A stretch of 63,786 nt of DNA, filler included, from Nemertoderma westbladi (lineage: Eukaryota > Animalia > Xenacoelomorpha): assembly GCA_032718475.1 (NCBI GenBank). It is 3 parts of 3 records of this genome, joined end to end, with 100 filler letters (N's around TTAATTAATTAA, not from the genome) between each part and the next. Parts side by side here need not be neighbours in the genome. Positions count along the whole stretch, not along the records: positions 29,063 to 55,711 come from JAUCBJ010005853.1; 2 more parts are not named here. One strand, 5' to 3'. This document shows, piece by piece, positions 37,521-50,045 of this stretch; position 1 is the first letter of the stretch, and every line of letters starts with the position of its first letter. Made by a program: the position numbers and the translations under genes. The notes beneath the pieces were generated by a model that was given only the letters and a program-made list of their open reading frames with translations, was not told where the DNA came from and did no database searches.

Positions 37521-38274
37521 GTTTTATAGTGCGGAAACAGCTTGCGCGCTTGGATACTTGCATGACAATGGAATTATTTATCGGGATCTCAAACCCGAGA
37601 ATATCCTCTTCGATGCCTTAGGCCATATCATGTTGGGAGATTTTGGTTTGGCCAAAGAGGGTATGGGACCAGGAGTTCGTACCAGGTCCCTGTGCGGCAC
37701 TATTACATACATGTGCCCTGAAAAGACACGAGGGAATGAGTATGGGTATGCTTCGGATTGGTGGTCTTTGGGTGTGCTTATATTCGACATGATCTCTGGA
37801 ATTACTCCATTTGAACCAGTACCCGAGACCGTCAACGGCCAGTTTAAGTATGAGAGCGTCGAACTGCATACGACCTCATTACAAAAAGCAATTTGTAACA
37901 GTGAACCACACTGGGAATTGTTACCAATGACAGCATCATCCTCCATTAAGGATATAATTTCCAAACTTTTAATAAAGGAACCATCTGTCAGACTTGGCTC
38001 AAGAGACGGACTTAATGAAATTAAAGCTCACAGTTTTTTCTGTGGAATAGACTTCGAGAAACTCGAAAGCAAAAAAATAAAACCACCAATGGAACCCGAT
38101 GTTTTGGGTGAAAATAAGTTCCAATATTTTGAAGAAGAGCTTTGCAAACAAGAACCAGATAGTAACATTCTCAATGACAGCGAAGTTAATCATTCAAACG
38201 ACGACGATGAGATATACCATGGATTTGAATTCACTCAGAAGAAAGTTAAAAATGATAAATACTCAATTCACTAA
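37521..38274 (+). CDS. AGC kinase paralog A, exon 2
   Basis: (R)FYSAETACALGYLH, YRDLKPEN, DFGLAKE, LCGT..CPE, DWWSLG, RLGS and an AGC C-tail ending YHGFEF. Confidence 0.88.
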
Positions 38275-38599
38275 CTAATTTATAACATTAAATTTTATTC
38301 AAATTCAGTCGATTTTTATATGTAGTTCGTATTAAAGGTATAATAATTCGTATATTAACACTGAATGATTACATATTTTGAATAAAATGTACTACCAACA
38401 CCAATTTAAATAGAAAATTCTTAACAAAACAATAAACAAACATAACCACGTTATACTAAATATACCGGTACCTTGCTCGACCTAAACATGTGTTACTTCC
38501 TGTAAGACCCTTCTCACCATTTCTGTTACAGAGTAATTATATACGATATATACAGTTTGGTAACCTACTAATTGAGAATATAACAATATGTCTAAAGCG

Positions 38600-40010
38600 C
38601 AAGTCACAAACAGACCAGAAAAATAACTACAATAATAAATGTTACTGATTTTTGCGCTCAAATTACCAGACACCATCCACAGATGGGTGGAGCGTGGGGA
38701 TTCTATGCAACCACATGACAGAGTTCCCGCGCCACAAGGAGACAGAGTGCCATTGGAAGGGAAGATGGTTTTATCCTGTCGGGATTCCTCGTCTGAGGCC
38801 TTGCAGTCTGGCAATCTCACAGATGGTGAAGGTTGAGTAGGAATCCCATCCCCCTAGGGCTTCAACAACAAGCGTGGTAAAGCCGACTCTGGATTTCGTG
38901 CACACGTGACCAGCAAGCTTGTGGTCTCTAGGATGATTTGAGCGTGGCCTGCATCAGCAGCAGCACCATCTACAGATTGGAAGAGTAACTCACTGTAACA
39001 TCTAGGGCCATTGGGCGACCATGATGCCAGTTCGGCAGGAAAATTTCTGCAGGGCGGGTGCGGGAACATAGGATGACGCCTGGCACTTCACTCCAGGGTG
39101 CTAAGTCTGCTGATTGGGCAGCTAAGAATACAGCATTCCAGAGTGAGTCGTGAGCTGAGGCGGTGTGAAGCTAGTCTCCAGAGTGTGGCAGAGAGGTCGA
39201 GTTGGTTAGGGCTTTTGACCTAGTGTCAGGGGCCGATAAAAGGAGGTCCTCGTATACAGCTAGGTCAATGGAATGAGAGAGTTTTTGCTGGGTGATAGGG
39301 GGTGGGATCCAGTCTGGTTATTTGGCATTCTTTGCTAGAGAAGCAAGGGCTGTGGTGATATGGGGGTTTAAGGGGGGATGATGCAGGATTTGCGATACCA
39401 GTGGTTCGATTTGCCTGACCTAAGCAATGTAGGCTGCAGGGGCATGAGCAGCTGCCCTATGCAGACCAATTCCCCCCATTGAGGTAGGGAGACAGGCCTT
39501 ATCGGCTGACCAGGTTGAAAGAGAACCACCTACCAGGTCGGACAGGGCATCCTGTAACATGGTATCAAACTGGGAGGAGGCAGAAGTATGAGGCTAGGGG
39601 GACAGCATCACAATGCAAATACCACTTTGGGAAGAGACAAACAGGAACAGAGTGAGTCATCTCCATCTGAGAGTCCTTAGCTCAGGTAGACGTTCGATGA
39701 TGGACCTCACCTTGTTTATTCTACTCAATAATGCAGCCTCACAGTAGGATGCTGGGCGAATTGAGGAGCCGAGGAGGGTAAGACCCACAGAAAGCACCAG
39801 GTATGGACAGTGGAAGAGGGTTGGAATGTAGGGTTGACAACTCGGGTATGAAGATCTGCGATTTCAAATGGTTTAAAACAAGCCCCCTAGTGTAACCCTC
39901 ACGTTCAAGTATCCCCGAAGGCTTTCACCAGGTCTTCTGAGGAACCACATAGGGTGCCATCGTCGAGGTACCATACATTGATTAGCAAACTGGGGACTTC
40001 CTCCAGAATC
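38600..40010 (-). mobile_element. Degenerate CRE-like (RLE-type) non-LTR retrotransposon
   Basis: VWYLDDGTLCG RT motif and remnants of PA.IFLPNW..GRPMALDVTV endonuclease; many stops. Confidence 0.65.
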
Positions 40011-40237
40011 ATGTGCATCATGCAGTTAAAGCAAAGGCTAGAGGGTCCAGAAGATCCCCCTGTTGGACTCAAGCCATAGTTATCATGGTTTAAGGACTCA
40101 ATATCACGGTGAGAAAGGGGTAGGCCCCCGAACTCATACATATCTTCAGACATGGGTGGTGGGTCCTTTAAAAGTACACTAGCTGTGAGACTAATATAGG
40201 GGACATCCATGGCAGGAGAGGTAAATTATGTACAGAA

Positions 40238-42060
40238 TTGTGTATGCACAGACAATTTTCAGGTGTAAAAACGAAGTTTTCATGTACATTTTGCACCTAC
40301 ATCTCCTACAATCTCCCAATCATATATGTTCTCAAACCAACCGAAATTAAACTCAAAAAAGCAGCTAATGGGAACTGCATAAAAACCTTTGGACGAGCTA
40401 GAATCCCTCTCCATCTTTCATCACTACGGAGAAACTTCAATCATTATTTTGTAATCACAGAAGTTTCTCACCCAATTCTTGGAGCTGATTTTCTTGCCCA
40501 ACATAACCTACTTGTAAATTGCCAAGATAGTAAACTGTGTGACAATTAAACAGGAATTATTACTTCCCTTAAATGTGATTTCAAATCAGAGTCGCCTAAT
40601 CCGACGATTGAAATAGAAGACTTTGACTTTCCAGAATCAGTCCATGAAACTCTTAAACCATTTTGGGGTCTTTTTGGTCCGCCAGATTATACCAAAAATC
40701 TTACAAACACACTTGAATTCGAAATCGAAACATCCGGACCACCAATCCACTCAAAGCCACGATGGTTGGCTCCAGATAAATTGGTAAGTGCAAAAAAACT
40801 ATTTTAATGAATTGCTTGAACTAGGTGTTATTCTCCCTTCAAAGTCAGTAGTGTCAGTAGCGTCAGTAGTGGCTTACATTTAGACAAGAAAGATATTATC
40901 CCATCCCAGATCCCAAAACCGCAAATGCTTTTACTCCATGGATGTAAGGTGTTCTCCAAGATTGACCTAGTAAAACCTTACCATGCCATAAAAGTTAGAG
41001 ATAATGATATCCCAAAAACTGCCATCACTACGCCTTTTGGCCTTTTTCAATTCATAAGGATGCCATTTGGAATGAAAAATTCAGCACCATGCTTCAATCG
41101 CAATGTACACAAAGCCCTCTGTTGACTGGAAGCAAGAACTTTCCCATTCTTTGATGATATAATCAATGATCGGTTCTCCATATTTAGAAACACATAAGGT
41201 TGACCTACAGAATCTTCTGGAACATCTACAACAACATGATCTTCATATCAATTACAGAAAGTGTCGTTTTGCGATTTATAATATGGATTTCCTTGGTTTC
41301 CATGTTTCAGAACATGGAATTGCTCCTTCCCTTTCTAAGGTGAATGACCTTCCACTTCCATCATCTTACCCAGAACTCCGAAGCTGATTCCACTTCTCGT
41401 CATCTCACATACTGTTCTACACTTTCGACCATATATAGAGACTATCAAAACAGTTGCATCACTGACCATAAACCTTTCGTCAGTGCCCTTGCCAAAACTT
41501 TAGAACCAAATTCGTATTGGCAAGATCTAAGGTTGGTGATGATTGCAGAATATATCGACGTACTTCATTACATTCCTGGAAAGTATATTGTCACTGATAC
41601 ACTATCACGTCCACTAACAACCTGCAAGACAATGAAGATTACTATTTGAACAATAACGAGAGAGTAGCCAGTATTTTACTTGATGCTTGTGACTTACCAG
41701 CCATTGCTCAAGTGCAACAAAAATCAGAAATTTTACAAAACCATATATTCCCCCTGAACTCTGTCAAACTTTATTCCAAACACTTCACCATGTCGCCCCC
41801 CCAGGACGCAAAGCATCTAAGAGGCGGATATTATACCAGATTTATTGGCCACATGCAAAATCAGACATCCAAAAATTGGATAGCAAATGTCCAAACTGCC
41901 AAAGTTGTAAGGCATATTTATCGACCCAATGAAGGTCTTCCCATAGTAACAGAACGCTTTGATATAGTACATCTAGACATTGTTGGACCGTTACCAATTC
42001 TATACAATATCGTTTTATCTTGATGGCTATAGATCAATTTTCTCGTCGACCAATGGCAGT
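40238..42060 (+). mobile_element. Degenerate Ty3/Gypsy pol remnant
   Basis: PILGADFL (protease), FSKIDLVK..KTAITTPFGLF..MPFG (RT), TDHKP (RNase H), VHLDIVGPLP (integrase). Confidence 0.85.
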
Positions 42061-42215
42061 TCCCATTATTATTATTCCCTGGAATGTATACTTTATGAGA
42101 AAAAAATTTGCGTTTAAAGATCAAAATACAGCTAACTGACCATATGTAAACAATACGATTTGAGATATGGCTACAAAACACTAATTAACAGAAACAACGC
42201 AGGGATTTATATTGC

Positions 42216-42930
42216 CGTACTACTACAACTACCACAACTACTATCGCCATGCTGCATTGCAGCTGCATTATATATATTACATATTTAGAATACTGTGCCG
42301 GCTTGTCGCCATATTGTGCCGCCACAGCAACCTATTGTAGTGATACGAACTCGCCACACTACCTGGCTCGCCCCATACGATGCAGATACTCAGGGTCTGC
42401 GGTACTGTAGGGATGACTCACCCTGAGTCATAGTCTACACAGACACATGCAGACTCGGGATACTATGACTACCTACCGAGTAGACAGGACAGCATTAGTT
42501 AGCTAGTTAGGATGCTTATTACCGGTCACAGGGCGCACTGCAAGACAGGTGGCCCCGCACTATATTGTTTGTACTTGGTCTGACTATATATTTGGGATTA
42601 TACGCCCGACATTATTCAGGCTCTATCATATTCGTGACCTCCATATTATCACCCATGCCATAACATTTGCTAGATCTTCTGCAACTTCAAGAGCCGTGTG
42701 CTTTAAGATGCATCTAAAGAAAGTCACCAGTCAAAGAAAGAAAGTCCACCATGGTTATTCGCTCCATGAGGCCACCAAAGCACATGATTATGCACTGGTT
42801 GATCTTCACGGCGAAAGCAATAATGTGGTCCTGCGGTTCTGTTCAAGTGTTAAGCGAGGGGGAGACTATTTAAACACCTCAACGGTTGTATAGAGTCAGA
42901 TTTGAGATGTGTGTATAAATGCCATCCAGC
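42216..42930 (-). mobile_element. Degenerate RTE family-1 3' end interrupted by a ~310-bp insert (42336-42646, possible solo LTR)
   Basis: GCATGCTGCATTGCAGCTGCA-like 3' UTR with a (CTA)n tail. Homology pauses at CCCTAT|TGTAGTG and resumes at TATCACCCATG. Confidence 0.65.
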
Positions 42931-44702
42931 TACAAAATGCCTTGGGCAAACCACAGAAGGGAAATAATGTATCTATGACACCAGTGCCATAGATATGATC
43001 CATAAGGGGTTCTATGTCGTTGATGGACTAGGCAGGATCAAGCAACTCCTTGACAGATATGGTTAGAACGGCCACACAAGTCGTAGAGATTCTAATGGGG
43101 GGGGGGGGGGGGGGGGGGTGTTCCGGCTTACAAAGTTCAAATCAAATTCCAAGTAGTTTGTCGATGTTATGGAAACCAAAGAAAAACGTCCCAATTTGGG
43201 CCACAAAATACCCAAAATGAGACACCAGGGGATACACAAAATATATCATCTGAACCATAATTAGAACGCATTGACATAGAACAACTATTCAGAAATAACA
43301 GTGTGATGCCAACCGGAGTAGACAGCATACTCAGGGAACGAAACCGGGAAGCGGATTCTCAAGTTCTAGGCATCACATTGAACAGGGAGACTGAAGCATT
43401 AGAATATATTATATTCTAACACACAGAACCCTTGGTCCACACAAAACGAGCTTATGTTTCATGCAAAGCTAAGATTTGTGACCCGCTGGGTCTGGTGGCA
43501 CCAGTTATAGTACTCAGCGAACAAATCCTAAGGAATGTTTACCTCCTTAAGTGCCCATGGGACCAAGTCCTACCAGACACAATAAGTAATGAATGGTGTG
43601 TGTGGCTAGAGAGTTTGGCAGCAATACCGAAACTCAGTATACCACGGGCATACTTTGTAAATGGAGATACCACTAACTTAGATCTCCATGTACTGTATTC
43701 ACTGATGCATCTACTAAAGGGTATGGTGCAGCACTATACATAGTAGTAGTAGAGAAGGAAGAAGGTCCACTGCTACCTTGCCTTGTATTCAGTGAAGCGA
43801 GAGCAGCCCCTCTCAAGAAGCCAACAATACCTAGGTCATAGCTGATGGTGGCAATATAGTGGTCCAGAGTTCCTTCCCCTACCAAATGATTGCAATGGCT
43901 AAAATTCCCAAAGAAGTAGGTAGAACAGGCGTTAGCTAACCTGGAAGGTAAAAGTCGGTCAGAAATTGCCTATAGTTCCCTAATGGGAGCCCAAACAGCG
44001 ACCGATAAGTTTCTGTCTTATAGTTCATCATGGTATAAGAATACCATGATCACCAATACCAACCAAGAACAAGAATACCACATACCAAGAACATTTGTCG
44101 CTTACTTTATAGCCTATAGTCAATACTTATATTGTAGAGGCAAGGAGCGCAAGCCTGACATATACTTGACATCAGCCGAAAAGTTGATCATATCATATGA
44201 GCAGTGAAAGGCATATCCAGAGGAGATAAAACGATTGAGAGCTGGGAAATCTGTACAGCAAGAACCATAATAATGCTGAGCCCCAAACTCACTGACTCTG
44301 TATTAATAGTAATGGACTCACGGGTACAACTTGCCTCAAGTCAACATACAAAAAATACTACCGAGAAAATCTACTATTGTAGCCCAAATAATAAATGACT
44401 GTCATGCACAGACATTCCATGAGGGTACTGATATGACATTAACATCAGTGCGGCGTACATTCTGGATACCAGCCGTACGCAAGAAATTAAAATCTATGGT
44501 GGGGACCTGCCAAACATACCGCAAGCAAAAGAGGAAGAGGGAAAGCCAATAGATGGCATCCCTACCCAAGGAAAGAACCCTAGAGTGTGAACCACTATTC
44601 TCATACACCGGTACTGACATGTTTGGCCCACTCACCATAAAAGTCAAATGTCACCATGAGAACCGATATGGCATAATATTTGTATGCTTCACCTCCCGAG
44701 CG
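42930..44702 (+). mobile_element. Degenerate BEL/Pao pol remnant
   Basis: KICDPLGLVAPV, W..W, FTDAST.GYGA, ARAAPLKKPTIPR, FWIPAVR, FSYTGTDMFGPL; stops and frameshifts. Confidence 0.85.
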
Positions 44703-46172
44703 AGATGAAGGTCCGAATGAGTCGAAGGTATGAATGAGTCAAAGGTACGAATGAGTGAAGGTATGAATGAGTCAAGGGTCCGAATGAGTCGAAGGTCCGA
44801 ATGGGACGAAGGTCCGAACAGGACGGAGGTCCGAATGAGATGAAGGTCAGAATGAGAAGAAGGTCCGAATGTGATGGAGGTCCAAACAGGACACAGGTCC
44901 AAATGGGATGAAGGTTCGAATGGGTCAAAGATACGAATGGGATGAAGGTCTGAAAGGGACAAAGGTTTTGCAGCAAAAATGTGTCGTTTTTGTGCAATTC
45001 GCGAACTACTCTAAAAGGCCAGCATTATCTCGAGGGATTGGAGAATGTATTGACTTACGCCCTCTGGCGTTTATTTTGGTACAGAGCTATAATGACAAAA
45101 TTAGCCAGCTGTTTCCTTGTCCCGTATGTTCTATGTTATTTTTCGTCCAATCAGCACGATTTTCACTTTACGGTTTATCAAGGCCTTGTTTACATATGTA
45201 TATGCCGCAGTGCGAGAAATCCTTCATTCTGACTTCTGCCCAGAACCATCAGTGGCCAGAGAGAATCATAAAATGCAAATCTATTAACTCTTCATTCACT
45301 CTTTACTGCTATGGCAAACATCTGACTGTTGATTAAACTGCCGGCACCGCGTAATTTATACTGTTTATACTGTTATTCATTATTGTGGTTGGTAACATAT
45401 TTAATTGATGCTTATATTTGGAGAATACTTATGAATAATCGATAATTCCCCTAACTTTCTTTATTATTGAGGTAAGCAGAAGGAAAAATTAGTAACAATT
45501 CCTTGGCTCAAACTACAGTGGTCTGTATGAATTTTATGCTATTTCATAACCCCAACGTAAGCGAGCTAAATTTATCCTTATATGTGAGTGGACAGTCAGC
45601 AAATTAGCGTATTGGCTCAGTAACGTGAGTGCGAGCGATTAATTATACATTCCTAAAGAATGTGAACATTTGCGTTGTCTCATGACCATCCGTTGTAATT
45701 AGTACAAGTCATAACTCTGTGTGGTATTTAAAGCGAAGCATCTAGAGGAACTGTTGGTATTGCCCTGAAAATAAGCATAGTTTTTGGAGATTATATAGTA
45801 GAGATCAATCGAATAATACAAAGTAGCCTACCCCGCTCTCTGCCATAGAATTCAGTCTCCCACACACGGTGGGTCATACACCACTCTAGACTGGCTTCGG
45901 CTGTGGTCATATTTTGTACAGGCTGTCAGACATCATAAGCACATAAATTAGCAGGTTAAACTGTTAAAGGTCTAAAAGCGCGAACAGTCCGAACAGGACA
46001 GTGGTCCACATAGTACGAAGGTCCGAATGGGACAAAGGTCAGAATGGGACAAAGGTCAGAATGGGACAAAGGTCAGAATGGGACAAAGTTTCGAATGGGA
46101 CGAAGGTCTGAACAGGACGGAGATCTGAATGGGCCAAAGGTCCAAATGAGATGAATGGGACAAAGGTCAGAA
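44700..46172. repeat. ~17-bp minisatellite (GAAGGTCCGAATGGGAC) split by a ~1-kb dispersed repeat
   Basis: Arrays at 44700-44966 and 45987-46172 in the same orientation. The inner 45540-45986 resembles 62820-63297. Confidence 0.7.
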
Positions 46173-46550
46173 ACACCTAAGGAATTAATTTCAATAAATT
46201 AATTCAACCTCCTGTGAATTGTATTTACCAAACGCTTCTAAATTTAAAGTATATTTTGAAAACATCAGTTACAATTAAAAAAACTAACTACCATAAATTA
46301 TAATCTATTAATAGTACTAATCAACAATAATTCAATACCAATATCAAATGAATTAAAATCATTATCTGAAAAAATACTAAAATAAGGGAGGAGAGGTAGG
46401 TAATACCATTAACTTCTGATTCTGGAATACTATTCGTTAGCTAAATATTAGTAAACTTCTAAGTAATAAATTTATTTATTTTGAATAAGCTAAGGTATTT
46501 TCTTACTTTACAAACAATAAGGTGTCTGTCCTATTGATAGGATTCAAACA

Positions 46551-46829
46551 ATGGTTTAGACTACCTCGCTCAGACTAATACTCTTTATCATATCATTGGC
46601 TGGAAATGTATGAAATTGGATCGGTTGAAATTATATCTAAATCATCAGTCAGTCAGAATTTGGTCCGTTACAAGGCAGTTAGTTACGCAAAGGCCTACAG
46701 TAGACTGTCCAGGTCCAAAAATACAACAAGCCAATGATATGACAGTGTATAGCGTACAATATGTTTTAAATAATGTCGAAATACAGTATCTAAATATTAC
46801 TGCAAATCCCACTGTGTAATCTAAACCAT
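46551..46829. mobile_element. Possible small MITE
   Basis: Termini ATGGTTTAGACTAC / GTAATCTAAACCAT. Confidence 0.4.
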
Positions 46830-47037
46830 CAAATTAGCTAGTAATTTCCGGCTCCATGGCCTATCCGCATATCCTATAGTTTAGGGCACCTTGGCATCCA
46901 CTCATATCGAACAAGTGCCAGTGTGTTGGTAATCCACAAACCGTAATTAGGCAGCACTTATTGAATACTAAACCTAGGTTATGAGTGTGAGGCTCTAATC
47001 TAATAAATTCCACAACCTCATAGGGTAGGGTTTTTCA

Positions 47038-49089
47038 ATAGGGTTGGTGCGCGAAAAAATTGTTGGGCTAGAAACATTCGAATAAGGGGTAAGAAGATTC
47101 CCTGAATCAAGTGTGTTTTTTGTAAAAACACGAGCTGACGAGGAAACGGTCGAAATGGCGGGTTTAAGTAAGCGCGGGAAGCCAATTTTGAAAATCGGCT
47201 GTGATTGGCTGCTATATATTTGATGTTTATTTTTTATCTTGGTTTCTATGGAGAGAATCGATTCAAATACATATTAAATCTCAATCATTTCTCACGTGGC
47301 TTATATCAATTGAAAGCGCAGAGTCATGCGCGTATTTTGACACTACAATTAATTAAATTCATAAAGGGGAGATTGATAAAATGATGTTTACAATTACAAA
47401 CTCGGCAGATTGCCTGATCTGTATGTAAGCACTCAGCCTATTGCAGTATCTGAGTATTGCAGATTTACTTCATTAAGTAGGGTTTACCGTTGACCGGTAC
47501 ACATTTTTAATATTCAATTAGCCTACTATGGGGCGCCGTGGGCTTCAATAATATGAATATGTCGGCGACTGGTTCAGATGCTCGGTGACTGGTTTAGATT
47601 TCGGCCTACATTTCGGCAAAGATTTTGGCTTTGATTTTGAAAATTTCGAAAATTTCGAAATCTAAGCCGACTTCACCATTTAATCCAGTGAGGTAGGCCT
47701 ATATACTATAGGTAACTCATAACTACTGTACTGTACACACTATGATACTGCGGTAGGCCTAGCGTAGTACTGTAGGCCTACTGGCAGACTGGAGAACAAC
47801 AGACAGAGAAACACAGACTGACAAGAAGGCTTGAAATTTGGCTTGAAATTTCGGCCTAGATTTCGGCTTAGATTTTAAGCCGAAATCTTGGCCGAAATCT
47901 TGTCCGAAATCTAGGCCGAAATCTTGTCCGAAATCTATGCCGAAATCTAAACCAGTCGCCGAGAATCTAAACCAGTCGCCGAGATTTTCATATTTTTGAA
48001 GACTGCCAATTATTACTGTATTACAAGTTTCGTGTTATTTTAAATCGAATCTACCGTAATCAATACAGATTGGGATGCAGTACCGGTATTGCTGCTGGAA
48101 ATACAGCTGAATACATATATATATCAATGTTCCTCATCATGAACTTCATTAATTGTGGTGTCAAAAGACGCCCAAGACTCTCCGCTTTCAATTGTTATAA
48201 GCCACGTGTGAAATGATTGAGATTTAATGTGTATTTGAATCGATTGAAAATCGTTCTCAATAGAAACCAAGAAAGATAAAAAAAATTCAGATCACTGCGT
48301 AATGACGTCAAATATGTAGCAGCCAATCACAGCCGATTTTCAAAATAGGCCTCCCGCGCTTACTTTAGACCCGCCATTGCGAACGTTTCCTCGTGTTTTT
48401 ACAAAAAACACACACAGCCACTCGATTTAGTGCACCTTAAAGGAAAGGGAAAGGGAAACGCAAGGGAAAGGCATGGGCAGCCTTGAATAGGCTTTCCAGG
48501 ATTTGGAAGTCACCGAGAATTAATCGGAAACTTAAGGTCCGATTATTTAGAGCAGCAGTAGTTCCAGTACTCCTCTATGGGAGTCCATGCTGAGCTCTAA
48601 CTGCTGAGGACACCAAATCTCTGGATGGCACATTCGCAAGAATGCTACGCCGGGTTCATTGTGTCAAGTACAATGCACACATCTCCAACCAGACACTATA
48701 TAACATTGGAGGTGTCTCATTGGTTCCCCCAAGCTTGACACTAGAACGAAATCGCCTCCGCTTTGCAGGACATTGCTTTCGCCGTGAGGACCAGCCAGTG
48801 CATAATCTTGTACTTTGGCAGCCTCATGGAGTGAATAAGCATGGTGGACAGCCCATGACTTTCTTGAGACGCATCTTAAAGGACACTGGCCTTAAAGATG
48901 CGGATGATCTAGCAAATGTCATGGGTGATAGGGAGTTGTGGCGGTGCAATTTTGTTGACAAGCCGGCACAACATTCTTAAAAATGCAGCTGCAATGCAGC
49001 ATGCCGATCCTAGTAGTAGTAGTAGGGCACCTTCCTACCCCTTATTCAATTGTTTCTAGCCCAACAATTTTTTCGCCCACCAACCCTAT
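47038..49089. mobile_element. Large foldback DNA element with long imperfect TIRs
   Basis: TAGGGTTGGTG..GGGGTAAGAAG (47039-47097) pairs with 49031-49088; 47110-47330 pairs with 48180-48413. The centre has an IR with GCCGAAATCT repeats. Confidence 0.8.
48439..49024 (+). mobile_element. RTE family-1 5'-truncated copy inserted in the right arm of the foldback
   Basis: ORF 48642-48980 matches the family-1 C-terminus; (TAG)n tail; GCACCTT flanks both ends. Confidence 0.88.
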
Positions 49090-49229
49090 TATTTCTTTAA
49101 TTAGATTTTGCCGGCAAATCTTTTAACCTGCGTGTGGGGGACACGCAGGTTAAAAGATTAAAACTCCTATGGAGTATAATATGTGAGTGGATGCCTCTAA
49201 TATGATAAACCACACACATAAAACTATAT

Positions 49230-49684
49230 ATGATTATGCCAACAAATTGCCCAAATATAAAATTTATGAGTTGTCCGTTTAATTTCTTTCGTAGCAAAAC
49301 ACAAAAAACTGCAGATGGGCAGCCAGTTGCGAAAACCTCGGACTTTCAGATAATAAAGTGTATTGGTAAAGGAGGTTATGGGGTGGTTTACTATGTCCGC
49401 CATAAACACGATAATAAATTCTATGCCATGAAGATTGTACCTAAGGGGTCCACCAGCTTCGAAGGAAAGGAGCAAGCATCGCACCAAACAAATGAACGCA
49501 AGAAGATGTGCTTCGCCGAAAGAAACGCTTTATCAAAGAATATTAAACATCCCTTTATTGTGCAGTTACATTACGCTTTTCAAACCAGAAGAAAGGTTTA
49601 CTTTGTGTTGACATACGCTGACGGTGGGGATTTATTTAGTCACCAGGCATTGTCAAATAACCGTTTCTCAGAACGGAAAGCCAG
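49230..49684 (+). CDS. AGC kinase paralog B, exon 1
   Basis: Colinear with paralog A at a constant +12525 offset, with the same motifs. Confidence 0.85.
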
Positions 49685-49687
49685 GTT

Positions 49688-50040
49688 GGCACTACTATAG
49701 CTTGTGTGAACATTTTCGACCAACTTAAATGAATCAATTAGTTCCTTCTACAGCATTTTTTTTGGAATCTTTTCTTGAATATGGTTGGCTGACATTCGAT
49801 TTAGTAGTAGGTAGTAAATTCCATAAGGTAGATAGAATTTTAAAATAATTAAATATCTATAAAATGTATTAATATTTTATATATAGTATTGTAAAAGCTG
49901 CGTAAAAAATAGATTGAAATTTTAATTAAATCCTTATGTATTTAAAAAAATACTAGCTATCTAAAAAATGTACGAGCTATCAATCAATCGAATGCCAGTC
50001 AACCATCATCCATAAAAAACAACTTGGCTATAGTAGTGCC
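49688..50040. mobile_element. 353-bp MITE forming intron 49685-50045
   Basis: Same TIRs; TSD GCCAGGTT at 49680-49687 and 50041-50048. Appears identical to the paralog-A copy. Confidence 0.88.
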
Positions 50041-50045
50041 GCCAG

